DNA of 63,998 nt, counting the filler, from Fonticula-like sp. SCN 57-25 (lineage: Eukaryota), in assembly GCA_001724245.1 (NCBI GenBank). It is 7 parts of 7 records of this genome, joined end to end, with 100 filler letters (N's around TTAATTAATTAA, not from the genome) between each part and the next. Parts side by side here need not be neighbours in the genome. Positions count along the whole stretch, not along the records: positions 34,349 to 42,722 come from MEDX01000304.1; positions 42,823 to 56,098 come from MEDX01000305.1; 5 more parts are not named here. One strand, given 5' to 3'. How positions within the stretch are numbered: position 1 is the stretch's first letter; every line of letters starts with the position of its first letter. The translations under genes were made by a program, and so were the position numbers. Under the pieces are notes generated by a model, which was not told the DNA's origin, made no database searches, and saw nothing but the letters and a program-made list of their open reading frames with translations. Shown one piece after another: positions 39,870 through 50,909 of this stretch.

Positions 39870-40733
39870 TTAATTCATGTTGCCTGCTTGATGAATTTCG
39901 TGTACTTTGCCTATTTATTCACTATGTGCTGATCAAATTAATATCCCCCAATTATTCAATAATATACACCTACTCACCGCACCCCCCTCTGCCTGCCACT
40001 AATATCCATTAAACTATGTATTGCACAAGTGGTTATTATAACAAGCACACGTGAACCTTGCATAACCCTTTGCACAACAAAAGACGCTTAAAAAGTACTT
40101 GAAAGTGCTAAAGACCTCTGCGATGCATGCTCAACGCTGATTGGTGGAAAATTCATTTTTTGTGAATTTCATTTTTTACAAAATCGATGCCTTGCGAGTT
40201 GCTTTCTGATAAAATTATAACACTATGTGCCTTGTTTTGTTACATATTTGTATGCACTTTACGTGAAAATTTTGTGGCCTGCATTTGGCCAAAAAATCGT
40301 TTTGACGATATGTGTTGCAATCATCATATCACGATGACTTACTTTGAACCTACCTAGGTCTTTTATGACTAACCAAATTAACGAAAAGTCAAAAAACGTC
40401 TTTTAGCTAAAATTTAAAGCCCAGAGACAAGAAAAGGAGACAAAGATATGCCTTTGTTATTTGTCTTATTAGAAATATTGCCAAAACAGCGAGATTGATA
40501 ACATCCGATTATCTAGTCATTGCACTGGGGCATGAAAAACAAGACTATATCGCCTTTATAACGTTACTCTACACCTGCTGTTTATGCTGCGATATCTATA
40601 GTATATCTACTAAACTTTACATTGTATGGCCAGACGAGGACCTGCAGAGATGTACAGTACTAAACTTTCACATAAGTCTATTTGCTGCATGAATTGCAAA
40701 CTATATTAGAATTACAGCAACGTACAATATAAA

Positions 40734-41594
40734 TTATTTGAATAAAGCTTCAATGGCCTGGGCACCCAAAGGTAAAAGCTTGCGAGCGCCCACCCCGGCA
40801 TATGCGCCGGCAGGCCGAGGCACTTCTTGAACACGCACCCATTCAATTGAAGGGATTGGCGAGCCCTTCAGATGTGCTTGCCACCAGCAAGCAAGCGTCT
40901 GAGCAAAAAAGTACAACGGAATGGCACCTGAAACACGCCCTTTCTTCCGCAATATATCTACAAATACCTGGCTGCACCACGCGGTTCCACCTTGAATGCC
41001 GACGCCGCCGCGCGCAGGGCTCCACCTGCTACTTTGAGGGGGCGGTGTCTGTAGAAAGTCGCTCATAGCATACACTGTGTTCGCTTCGAGGGCTTGCTGC
41101 GCGTTTCGTCGCAGTAGCTGCTGAATAAAAGGCGACTGCGATGACGTCGGCGGCCGACCGAGCGAGCGGCCTGCTTCTGCCAATAGGCGATCCGCATGCT
41201 GAGCTTGGGCAAGCGACATTGTTCGCAACTCTACATGCAAGTTGACCACTGGGGGAATCGTTGGCTTGTGGCCATGAAAGGTATGCACAGCGACGGCGTG
41301 GCCTGCACGAGCCGCGCAGCTCGCAAAGCAGGCGTCGGCGCCGGCAGCCCCGCCAGTGTGCAAGATGGAGACTGCATCGGCGTGTGCTCGTCCGGAATCT
41401 AGAGTGTAGGGGCGCTTAAGTGATGGAGCAGCGGTATCTGCATAGGCCGAGGCGGCTGGGGGCTTGGGCATGACTGGAGTTGCGTCGTCTGCTTCGAGCT
41501 CGGCCATCGCGGCTGCTGCTTCGCGATCGAGAATGTCGATGCCTTCCGGCAAACCGGGCCCGTTGTCCTGCAGGCAGTGCACAGAGCGCTTCAT
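40734..41594 (-). CDS. Intronless SLOG-like (Rossmannoid) protein resembling phage hypothetical proteins
   Basis: LHTGGAAGAD, LLRRNAQQ, GGTAW, PLYFFAQ, YAGVGAR..GAQAIEALF. Confidence 0.55.
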   Translation of the reverse strand: MKRSVHCLQDNGPGLPEGIDILDREAAAAMAELEADDATPVMPKPPAASAYADTAAPSLKRPYTLDSGRAHADAVSILHTGGAAGADACFASCAARAGHAVAVHTFHGHKPTIPPVVNLHVELRTMSLAQAQHADRLLAEAGRSLGRPPTSSQSPFIQQLLRRNAQQALEANTVYAMSDFLQTPPPQSSRWSPARGGVGIQGGTAWCSQVFVDILRKKGRVSGAIPLYFFAQTLACWWQAHLKGSPIPSIEWVRVQEVPRPAGAYAGVGARKLLPLGAQAIEALFK

Positions 41595-41744
41595 TGCCGA
41601 GCAGACCGCCTGCACACCGCCGCCCTGTCGACTCGTGCTATGAATGGTGACGGTCTCGTGGCATCGGCTTTGCCCGTCTCAGGGCATGAACGGAATGTGC
41701 TGATCCAGTTTGCAGGCCAGTTTGCATCGTGGTGTTTGGTGGAG

Positions 41745-42722
41745 ATGGCCGGGATAGTCCGCAAGGCGTGGAAGGTATGTAGTAGCCGTGCCGCTACTGC
41801 GGCCACTTTGTTGCTTCTTCTGCGTGTTTCTGACAGCGGGCTCTTATAGTTTCCCGGAAAGTGGTCGGGGAACGAAGTCGACAAAGATTTTCTGAAGGGT
41901 GGCAAGGACAGTGTTGACCTGAGCAACACCAACCTGAAGGAGCTCAAGGAGGACCACGTCAAGCAGCTTCTCACCCTCCCCGTTCTTTCTTGGCTTTCAT
42001 TGGCGAACAATTCTCTCACGTCACTTCCTGACCAGTTTGCCCAACTGAGCCAAATATCGATTTTGAACTTGAGCGACAATGGGTTCACGCGATTCCCCAA
42101 CTGCATCCTGCAGCTCACGTCGCTGGTCGAGCTGAACCTTCAGTGCAACCAGCTGGCGTCGCTGCCTGCTGACATTGGTGAGCTGCGCTCGCTGGAGAAG
42201 CTGTCTTTGGCGAAAAATTCAATTGCCGAGCTGCCCGACTCGCTTCGTCAGCTCACGTCTCTTCGCGAGCTCGACATCAGCAACAACCAGCTGACCAAGC
42301 TGCCGCCGGCTATCGGAGCTCTTACAAGAGTTAGCGTTCTCAACCTGGGCGACAATAGCATCAAGTACGCACAACTTTTTTGAGCAGCACGACGCTAACG
42401 CACGAGCAGCGTTCTGCCACGCGAGCTTATGCAACTCGCGCGCTTGCGCGTCTTCAATGTCCGCAACAACCCTCTCGAGCTGCCGCCCCTGTCCGTCGCG
42501 GAAAAGGGCATGCCCGCAATTTTTTCATATTTGCACGAAATTTCCACCGGCGAAAAGGTGGAGGCAAAGTCGTGTTCCTTGGTTCTCAAGGACGCAACGC
42601 AGGTCCCCAGATCCGGCAGCGCCGTGTCGCTCGTGGTGAACGCCAACACCGAAAGCGGGAAGCGTGCGTTTCTCACGCGGTTTGTAGCCTTAAAACTAAT
42701 GCTTTGTATGTCTAGCGGCGTC
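41745..42722 (+). CDS. Leucine-rich repeat protein (possibly a ROCO-type N-terminus), truncated
   Basis: About 7 LxxLxLxxNxLxxLP repeats, then NNPLELPP..GMPAIFSYL. Confidence 0.8.
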
Positions 42723-42822
42723 NNNNNNNNNNNNNNNNNNNNNNNNNNNNNNNNNNNNNNNNNNNNTTAATTAATTAANNNNNNNNNNNNNNNNNNNNNN
42801 NNNNNNNNNNNNNNNNNNNNNN
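42723..42822. other. Artificial contig spacer
   Basis: N44-TTAATTAATTAA-N44. Confidence 0.99.
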
Positions 42823-43202
42823 TGAAACTGTGCGGGCAGTTCAGGCAATCTCGTTAAAAAGGTCTTCCAATGAACGTTTTCATTGCACAACGACCATTTA
42901 TAGTTGACCTACAATTCTACCAATCACATTGCCAGTTCAACAAGAAAACTATTCAACTATTATTTTCCCCAATCCCTGCGCAGATCGAGTGGTGAAGTTG
43001 TGGAAGCACACTTTGTGATCTGAGAGTATTAGCTGCAACAATTTTAGTCAACCTACTGCAGACTGTTTTTTTGCCGTTTCAGTAAATGGTATGTGGAGCA
43101 CGCGAAAAAAAAAAACAACACGACATAAAAAATCATAACACGACACACCAAAAATCCAACAACTACACTAAAATTCATCAACATAACACGACAACACGAT
43201 TC

Positions 43203-44290
43203 ATGCACAAAAATTTCAACACCCACCACAGGACACACCCAAATTGTACGTTACACGTTTGCAGCAGCTCTCCCAGTTACCCTCCCTTTTGCAACAGCAA
43301 AATCATTCTTGTCGGTGGTAAGTTTTTGCGCGAACCAAAGGAACTGAACGTGTGCGTGCAGATAGTGGCGTTGGAAAGACCTCGCTGGTCAGACGATACG
43401 CAACGGGCGAGTATCAAGGACAGTACGAGCCGACCATTGGTGTGGAAGTGCATCCGCTCGCATTCACAACAAGCAAGCACGTAGAACATACAGATAAATG
43501 GCTCACACAATCATCATTCCACACATTTGTGTATATTTTGTGACAATTGTTCCACACATTATGTGATCTTCTATCACTTGTGCAGGGGAAATGTTAAGAT
43601 GAACATTTGGGATACAGCAGGTCAAGAAACTTTGGGTGGGCTACGCGATGCATACTAGTGAGTAACTCAACTGTCCATCTGGAAGCAAAGTATTGACATT
43701 CTGACAAATTATGCATCATACACGTGCTACACATTGTGCACCTCGAACATTTCAAACACATGATCACATATTATGCTGCACTACACTTCACAAATGGTCA
43801 CACATTATGGTACACGACACACATGACCACTTGCAAATGTGACATACGTACACTGGTTGACACATATCCTTGGGAACAATTGCACAGTACACTTGCAGAC
43901 GGTGCACTAATCATGTTTGATGTGACAAACAAGGCTAGTTTTGACAATGTGGGGAAATGGCTTCTTTCTGTGCGAAAAATTTGCGGTTCCAAGATACCAG
44001 TTGTTGTTCTGGGGAACAAGGTGGAGTGTGAAGCACGAGAGGTGAGCATTGAAGAGATTCGTCACTTTCTCAAGGAGCACAAACTGTCCGATTGCTACTA
44101 CGACATTAGCGTGCATCAGCTAATCAACTTTGATCTCCCGATGCTCTCTCTGATTCGCAAGCTACGTAACGACCGGTTCATCTACTGGGTGGAACAAAAG
44201 CAAGCAGGTGGCGATACTGGAGAGAATGAGGACCACTCGCCAATTGAGCGCCAGTTGGATTTTGGCAGCACGTCCACCAACCACCAATGA
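43203..44290 (+). CDS. Divergent Ran-like small GTPase, spliced (start uncertain)
   Basis: [58 protein letters not shown]. Confidence 0.85.
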
Positions 44291-44507
44291 AACATTAAAA
44301 ACACACAACAGTTTTTCATTCACTCACTCTCTTTTCATGCACACAACAGTTTTTCAATCATACATCAACTGTGTCATACATCCATTCATTTTTCCATTGT
44401 GGAACATTTCTTTTACTGTGAGTATGCAACAATGTGCCAATGGCCAGAAAGCACGCATACGGTCAACCTAAACAAAATTTAACTTTTTGCACACATTCGA
44501 ACACTGT

Positions 44508-45632
44508 ATGAGCTGCAGAAACTCAAAGATCCTGTTCGGAGTGTGCGCGCTTGAGAAGAAGGTCAGTACGAAGCGCATGCAGCACCTGTTGCAAGAGGTG
44601 AACAAATTCCATGAGTTTGAGTTTGTAATGTTCAGCGACCAGATGCTCCTGGAGACACCCGTGGAGCAGTGGCCGAGCTGCGAGGTGCTCCTGTGTTTCC
44701 ACAGCTCAGGATTCCCGATTCGACGCGCTCGCAGGTACCAGCAGCGACTCGAGGGCTGTGGGCTACTGCGCGTCTCCCTCCAGGACCTGCGAGTGCAGAA
44801 GCAAGTGTTACTCAACCGGGAGAAGGTGTACAGTTTACTCGCGAATCTCAAGGTACCGGTACCGTGCAACAACTTTATTGCTGTGAAACGTGGAAGGGGA
44901 CATCGCTTCCCATCTCCTACCACAAAACTATGGGACACAGAGGATGCCCTTTTCTATTCGAGCTCAAACTCAACTGTACAACAGCTAGTTGAGAAGGACT
45001 ATGAGAGTGGAAATGGAGGTGAGAATGGAGGTGAAAATGGAAATGGAAATGGAAATGTGGGTGAGAGTGTTCCCTTCCACCCACTTGTCAAGCAACGTGT
45101 CGACAAACCATTGGTCGAGAAGCCGATAGATGCGAACAACCACCATATACGCATCTACTATCCGAAACGAGGGGGCTGTCGCACCCTCTTTCGCAAAGTG
45201 GACAACAAGTGCAGCGAGCTCCATCCACAGCTCAATGACGGCGTTAGAACAAAAGGTTCCTACATTTACGAACCATTGTTGACCACAGTCAATCATATGG
45301 ATATCAAAGTTTACATTGTCGGATGTCAGGCCGATTATGTGTATGCAGAGACTCGCAAGTCACCTGCGGTCTCTGGGGATGTGGAACGTACCAGTGAGGG
45401 ACTTGAGAAGCGACAGCGTCAGGTGGCTCTCACGGAACTGGAGCTTCAGATATGCAAGAAGATTGCACTCGGTTTTAGACAGACTGTGTGTGGCTTCGAT
45501 ATCTTGCGTCTCGGCCCCAACGATAGTCGTGTGTGTGATGTGAATGGTTTCTCCATGGCCAAGGGTTATGAACCCTTCTTTGTGAATGCTGGGCAGGTGA
45601 TTCGTGCGCAAGTTCTCTCAGCGTTCCAGTGA
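44508..45632 (+). CDS. VIP1/PPIP5K inositol pyrophosphate kinase domain only (ATP-grasp)
   Basis: GVCALEKK, PVEQWPSC..FHSSGFP, VEKP..NHHIRIYYP..LFRK, SYIYE, DIKVY, AETRKSP, QTVCGFDILR, VCDVNGFS. Stop follows directly. Confidence 0.9.
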   Translation: MSCRNSKILFGVCALEKKVSTKRMQHLLQEVNKFHEFEFVMFSDQMLLETPVEQWPSCEVLLCFHSSGFPIRRARRYQQRLEGCGLLRVSLQDLRVQKQVLLNREKVYSLLANLKVPVPCNNFIAVKRGRGHRFPSPTTKLWDTEDALFYSSSNSTVQQLVEKDYESGNGGENGGENGNGNGNVGESVPFHPLVKQRVDKPLVEKPIDANNHHIRIYYPKRGGCRTLFRKVDNKCSELHPQLNDGVRTKGSYIYEPLLTTVNHMDIKVYIVGCQADYVYAETRKSPAVSGDVERTSEGLEKRQRQVALTELELQICKKIALGFRQTVCGFDILRLGPNDSRVCDVNGFSMAKGYEPFFVNAGQVIRAQVLSAFQ

Positions 45633-46065
45633 TCTCCAATCTTACATCCTATTGTGTACAATATTGCTTATAACTGAAATAATGGAATATATGTGAATTT
45701 CTTACGGAAACAAGATTCGGAAAACCGTTTCATTTGCCTCATTTTTACTTTTTTTAGACGTCAACTAGTTTCTTTCCTTTGGCAACGAAACTTGTCCTAT
45801 CAGAACTGAAACAGTTACTTTTGTTACTCTTTCAATCGACTTGGTCTTCGTGTGTAAGAACTTTAATTTGGTTTGGCAATTTGATTCGATAAGCTGAACC
45901 AAGTGATTGTATATCCAGTCTCCCATGATTGTCGAGGCGCAAATGTTGTTTAATACGATTGTTTTGATGGACAGCATCAAGTGCTCGCAAGTGCTCAGTT
46001 TTACAACTTTCACTCAACAGAAAGAAATGGCTGGCCATTCTGCTTGAAAAACTACCGTAAAGTGA

Positions 46066-47190
46066 TCAGTTGACTTGATGGCTGGTAGCACTGGTGGCCT
46101 TGTGTATCATATCCACAAGTAGTGGTACTCGTATCTTTGCCAGTTTTAAGCACTCCTTGATATTCTGGTCTACAACATGGTGTTTCAGTGTGCTATGCAC
46201 ATGAGACTCGAAGCCCGAGGAGGAACCTCCTTGATCTTGCTCCAGCAGTGGAAAACTGCTGGGCACAACACTTAAGCGAACAAGATCCAGTGTTTTGGAG
46301 TTGAGGATTACTGTGACACGCATATTCAGTAGACTCTCTTCTTCAGCTGTTGGGTCAACAATGAGGTGCTCTTCTCCACTTTCCTCCACAAAAACACCAA
46401 ATGACAGTGGGATTGGGTAGTATTGCAACACAGACACCGAGCAGCAATCATACATGGTGGAAGAGGAAGAACTGTGATCCTTCTTCCACTGCTCTTCTTT
46501 CAGTGACATGTATTTGTGCTGTTCTTCTTGTTGCTTATCATTGTCCTTCTGCTTCTTCTTATTTTTATCTTGTAGCTCTTTCTTCTTCTTGTTGCCTTGT
46601 AGCTCCTTGTTGTTGTTGCTGTCCTGTTTATCTTCTTGCTTTGGGATGTAATAAACAGTGGATTGCTCTTCATCATAAGTTACCCTAGGGAGTGAGAGAG
46701 AATGCAATGCAGTGAGTGCAGCAAGGAGACATGCATCAAAGATATTCCCATCATGTTCCAGAACATAAATATCGACAAAAAGCACCCAGACTGCCTTCCC
46801 CTCATGAATAGAGAGACGCGAGAGATCGATGCACCCCTGGAGCACCGATCCCATTTGCGCTGCAATGAGTGCACCGAGCTCCTCGCGTGCTGCCGCTCTT
46901 CGCGCACCCTCTGCGTAGCTGGTCAAGTTGGACAGATGGACAGCGGGGAAGCAGAACCCAGCATGTGGCTCGTGCTCCCGCGGTTCCGTGACCAGAGCCC
47001 TGATACCGCACAACACGCTTGTGTTCCCTAGACGCACCATTGCACTCCCATTGGTGCTGCGAAGCATCGATGCGCTGATCAGCGTGTTTCTCGTCTTCAA
47101 CAGCGTGCGTCCATCTGGTCGCATCGCGTGTGCCAAAAATTTGTGGAAGAAGGCGTACGGATGAAGCGTGCGAAATTGCTCAGCCTCCAT
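46066..47190 (-). CDS. EXOSC8: Exosome complex component RRP43 (RNase PH-like)
   Basis: FRTLHPYAFF..RPDGR, GSAMVRLGNTSVLCGI, GKAVWVLFVDIYVLEHDGNIFDA, IVDPTAEEESL. Confidence 0.88.
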   Translation of the reverse strand: MEAEQFRTLHPYAFFHKFLAHAMRPDGRTLLKTRNTLISASMLRSTNGSAMVRLGNTSVLCGIRALVTEPREHEPHAGFCFPAVHLSNLTSYAEGARRAAAREELGALIAAQMGSVLQGCIDLSRLSIHEGKAVWVLFVDIYVLEHDGNIFDACLLAALTALHSLSLPRVTYDEEQSTVYYIPKQEDKQDSNNNKELQGNKKKKELQDKNKKKQKDNDKQQEEQHKYMSLKEEQWKKDHSSSSSTMYDCCSVSVLQYYPIPLSFGVFVEESGEEHLIVDPTAEEESLLNMRVTVILNSKTLDLVRLSVVPSSFPLLEQDQGGSSSGFESHVHSTLKHHVVDQNIKECLKLAKIRVPLLVDMIHKATSATSHQVN

Positions 47191-47557
47191 TTGTTCAATG
47201 TGAACCAAACTGATAGTGCAAATAGCAAGTGTAAAATTGTTGCACAATTGTTGCAGTGATACAAGAAAAATATACACAGTTTTGCAGTTCATTTCAGTTT
47301 CACATAAATGCATTGCAGTTTCACATAAATTCATTGCAATTTCAAAAAATTCATTTCATTGCAGTTTCGTAAATTCATTTCATTTCAGTTTCGCATAAAT
47401 TGTTTACAGTTTCACAAAAGAGTTAGCAGTTTTGATGTGTTTGCACTATTTACTATTTTTCACGTACATGATTTTGCCCAAATTGACTGGACAACCAAGA
47501 TTTGTTTTCTTCGCAATCGCAATCGCAACTGTGACCTAGCAACAACAAGAGCAATTG

Positions 47558-48130
47558 ATGTTTTCGAGAATTTGCCGACGCTCAACGACGATGCTGTTCC
47601 AGCGCGTGAAACCTACCACGGGACTCGTGGGGGTGCCAGTGCAGCCGCGCTGGAGGGACATGATTCTGAAGCTGTGCGACGAGACCCTCACGGAGCTGGA
47701 CACGCTGCCAAAGGGAGTATTCTGGCGCGTGGCCACGGAGAACAACATCCGATTCATCCAACGCGTGGTCTCCGAGAATGAGGATTACGAGAAGGTGGAG
47801 GACATTGTGAATCGCGGTCAGGTCGAGCAGATCATCATGCTCTTCGAGGACACCCTCACACTCATCCCCAAGATGCGAGAGTGGCAGCCCTGGGAGATCA
47901 CGGCAGAATCTGTCAAATTGGAGAGAGAGACCTACGAGAACGGACCTGACCCTTCGTTCCCCAAGGACTACGTCTCCCCACTCCTTGGAAAGGAACTCAA
48001 GACGTGGAGTGGACAGTACACAGTGGAGATCTCCCGCGAGGAGCTCGAGGAGAAGCTGAAGCGAGAGGAGGAGGAGAAGAAGAAGCGAGAGGAGGAGGCA
48101 AAGAAGGCTTCTGCACCACCGAAGAAGTAA
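47558..48130 (+). CDS. NDUFA5: Complex I accessory subunit B13
   Basis: TTGLVGVPV..P, RVATE, GQVEQII..KMREWQPWE, preceded by a presequence-like N-terminus. Confidence 0.88.
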   Translation: MFSRICRRSTTMLFQRVKPTTGLVGVPVQPRWRDMILKLCDETLTELDTLPKGVFWRVATENNIRFIQRVVSENEDYEKVEDIVNRGQVEQIIMLFEDTLTLIPKMREWQPWEITAESVKLERETYENGPDPSFPKDYVSPLLGKELKTWSGQYTVEISREELEEKLKREEEEKKKREEEAKKASAPPKK

Positions 48131-48653
48131 ATCGTTGCAACCAACCCCATGTATCAAGTTTTTTCTTGTTGGAGGCAAGTTGGTGAGGGGTGATGGGATG
48201 GATGGTCAGTAAAAAATGTGTTCCAGTTTGTGCGTTTCACTCTTCCCATTCACCATTTCACTCTTCACTCCTTGTTCAGACTCATCTCTTATTCACCATT
48301 CATTCCTTATGCACATTCGTTCTTCACTCCTTTTTCCCATTCACCATTCATTCCTTATTCCCACTCACCTCTTATTCCCATTCGTTCTTCACCTTCCCAC
48401 TCATCTCTTCTTCTAACTCACCATTCACTCCTTATGCTCACACAATTACCTGTGGAAAGTACATGCTTCCAGTTCACTCCACTCTTCTGGCCAATACTTT
48501 GTTCTTCTCAAAAACTAACGAGTACACTTGGTTGTAGTTATTTTGGCTGTTTTCTTTACTACACTTGTTGTCCGAGTTCTGTTGTACTTGCTATACAGCA
48601 AGTTCTACTGCACTGCACTCATTTGCCGCACTGCTCTGCTTGCACTACGCTTC

Positions 48654-50423
48654 TCACTGCTTGAAATGTCGCAGATCGTTGCTGGAAGCCTGGAAGGGGA
48701 CTGCTGCCCAGTAGCTCTCTGTTTGGTCAATGGGGGCAACGTTCAAGCGCCTCAACCTGCCAAACGAAATGCCATCTCCCTCCAAATCATTCGCAAATTT
48801 GGGTATAGTAGCTTCATCAGCATCACCATTGTTGTCGCTTTTCACTTGCACTACTGGTACTCCTTGTGATATGTGTGGTGGTAGTGATACTTCAGGCTCT
48901 CGTATTGGTAATAATGCTTCTTTTGATTTGTGTAGTGGTGTGGTTGAACTTTTTTCAACATTAATGTCATTATTACTGTTGCCGGGCAGTGGCAGTGGTT
49001 GTCTTGGTGTATCCGAGACTTGGTACTGGTGCAAACAATGCAACAATTGCTCCTTGTTTGAGTGAAAGTACAATGGCTGCACAAGCGTGTTACTGCTCCA
49101 CTTGCTATTCATATGTTCCAGTTGCTGTGTGAGGGTGTCGATATTGCGTTTCATGATTGCAAACTGAACTGGTGATGAAATATGTGTCTTATGCCATTTG
49201 TTTTTCAGCTCATCAACAACCAGCAACAATTGTTTCAATGCCATGCGTTGCTCTCTCAGTAATCGCGCTAATAACACACATTTTACATTAGAATTATCAC
49301 ACTCTAACTCTCATCAACAATAGTACTAGCAACTGGAACACAATCACTCGAATATCTCCTTCTCATTACAGCTACAACACAAATATATCTTCCGTTACAA
49401 TAACACTTTCACTATCGCCACAACAGCACCTTTACTATCACAACAACAGCACTCTCATCATTACCACTACACTACGTTAACATCTCCATTACATACTACG
49501 ACTGTTTGAAGCTATTTTCCATGTGCGCAGCAATTGTTCTCTCTTTTGCACGAGTGCTTCCATGAGCTTCTCAAATTCTCCAACAATGAGCGCATACACA
49601 CTTCCAACTTCCCCCTGATGCTGCTGGTGCTGCTGTGGGTTACAGTGTTCCAACTGTGGAGTCCAGTACATTTGCTGCTGCTTCTCCAATTGCACATCCC
49701 AATCCATTAGCTGTGCGCACCGCTCTTCCACTGATTTGAGGCCCTGTGCAATGAACATCTCGCACTGCTTCTCGTAGCGACTGAGCTCCTCATAATCGTG
49801 CTTAAAGTGCTTCCCTACAAGACAGCGCAGACACACCAGCGCACTGCACGTGCGGCACACTATGTTGCGCGCCATGCCCCCGTGTTCTGGGCACAAATCG
49901 CCTTGTGCTGGCGTGTTGAGGCGCTGGTGAGTGCGCATCACGCGGCTGTTGTGTGTTGCTGAGAAGCACGGTTCGCAGAAATTGGCGTTGCACGTGGTGC
50001 AGTGGCAACTGGCTGCAGCGCCACACTCCTCCTCGCACTTCTTGTTCCCGTGCCACTCGCCAGAATTCGCAACTTCTTTTGTAGTTGCACATAATTTGAG
50101 ATTTCAATTGCAGTTCAATTCAACGATTGGAAATTGTAATAGCGATTACAATGGGAATAACAAGAATCATCGAAAATGAGAAGAAGTCGCAACTTACCTG
50201 GATTGGAGAGTTGAATGTTTATTGTGGGGAGCAACTGTGGTTCCGTATCAAATTTCTCGTTGCACGTTGGACACTTATTGTCTGAAGGCATCAGGATTGA
50301 CATTGCCTGAGCTCGCTGAGAGCATGTCTTGCAAACACAGTGGTTACAGGGCAGCACTATCAAGAGCTCCTGCGGCTCAAAACAATTGACACACAGGCTT
50401 TTCACGTGTTTCTGCGAAAACAT
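48654..50423 (-). CDS. RING - B-box - B-box - coiled-coil (TRIM-like) protein, spliced
   Basis: RING CVNC..LPCNHCVCKTC..CPTC; B-box1 CEEEC..CTTCNANFCEPC..H; B-box2 CPEH..CRTCSALVCLRC..H..H; coiled coil. Confidence 0.8.
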
Positions 50424-50585
50424 GCTGCCACAAGTTGACCATCGTTGTAGGTGCTGATGATTGGGGGGAAAGTGAATGCGCGAGGTAAAAGAAAAGTTTG
50501 TGAAAGTATCTGTATTTCTTTATACACAGTGTACAACCAAGGGGATTTACAGTGTTCGGTTGGAAAGAAGTTGCTTGACATCCGG

Positions 50586-50850
50586 TTAAATCTTTGCAAG
50601 CTTCGCACTCGTGATCTTGTTGTGCATCATCTCCTTCTCAAGTCTCTTGGCAGCCTCCAAACGGAAATCATGGGAACAATGGTGAACATCTGGGTAACGG
50701 TGTTCTCCACAGTACAATCCTTCACACTTGCATTTGAAGCCAAGAAGGCCTACACGTTGTTTGCAGTGTTTGCATCTGTTGATCACCTTCTTTGTTGGAG
50801 ACGCAGGCGTTACCGTCTCTGGCTTCTGTTGCAGCTGCTCTGCTGTTTGT

Positions 50851-50881
<31 letters not shown>

Positions 50882-50909
50882 CAAGTTGAACGGAGGTGAC
50901 GGTGTTCAT
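50586..50909 (-). CDS. AN1-type zinc finger (ZFAND/SAP-like) protein with poly-Q
   Basis: RCKHCKQRVGLLGFKCKCEGLYCGEHRYPDVHHCSHDF..KLAKI. Confidence 0.88.

Noticed and set aside
39870-40730. AT-rich gap as a possible MITE or transposon
   Set aside because: No terminal inverted repeats, target-site duplication or transposase remnant could be identified by eye.
42984-43018. Possible last exon DRVVKLWKHTL-stop of a WD40 protein
   Set aside because: Too short to support a call.
48230-48490. CATTCACTCCTT-like low-complexity tract with overlapping ORFs
   Set aside because: Simple intergenic repeat. The ORFs are compositional artefacts.
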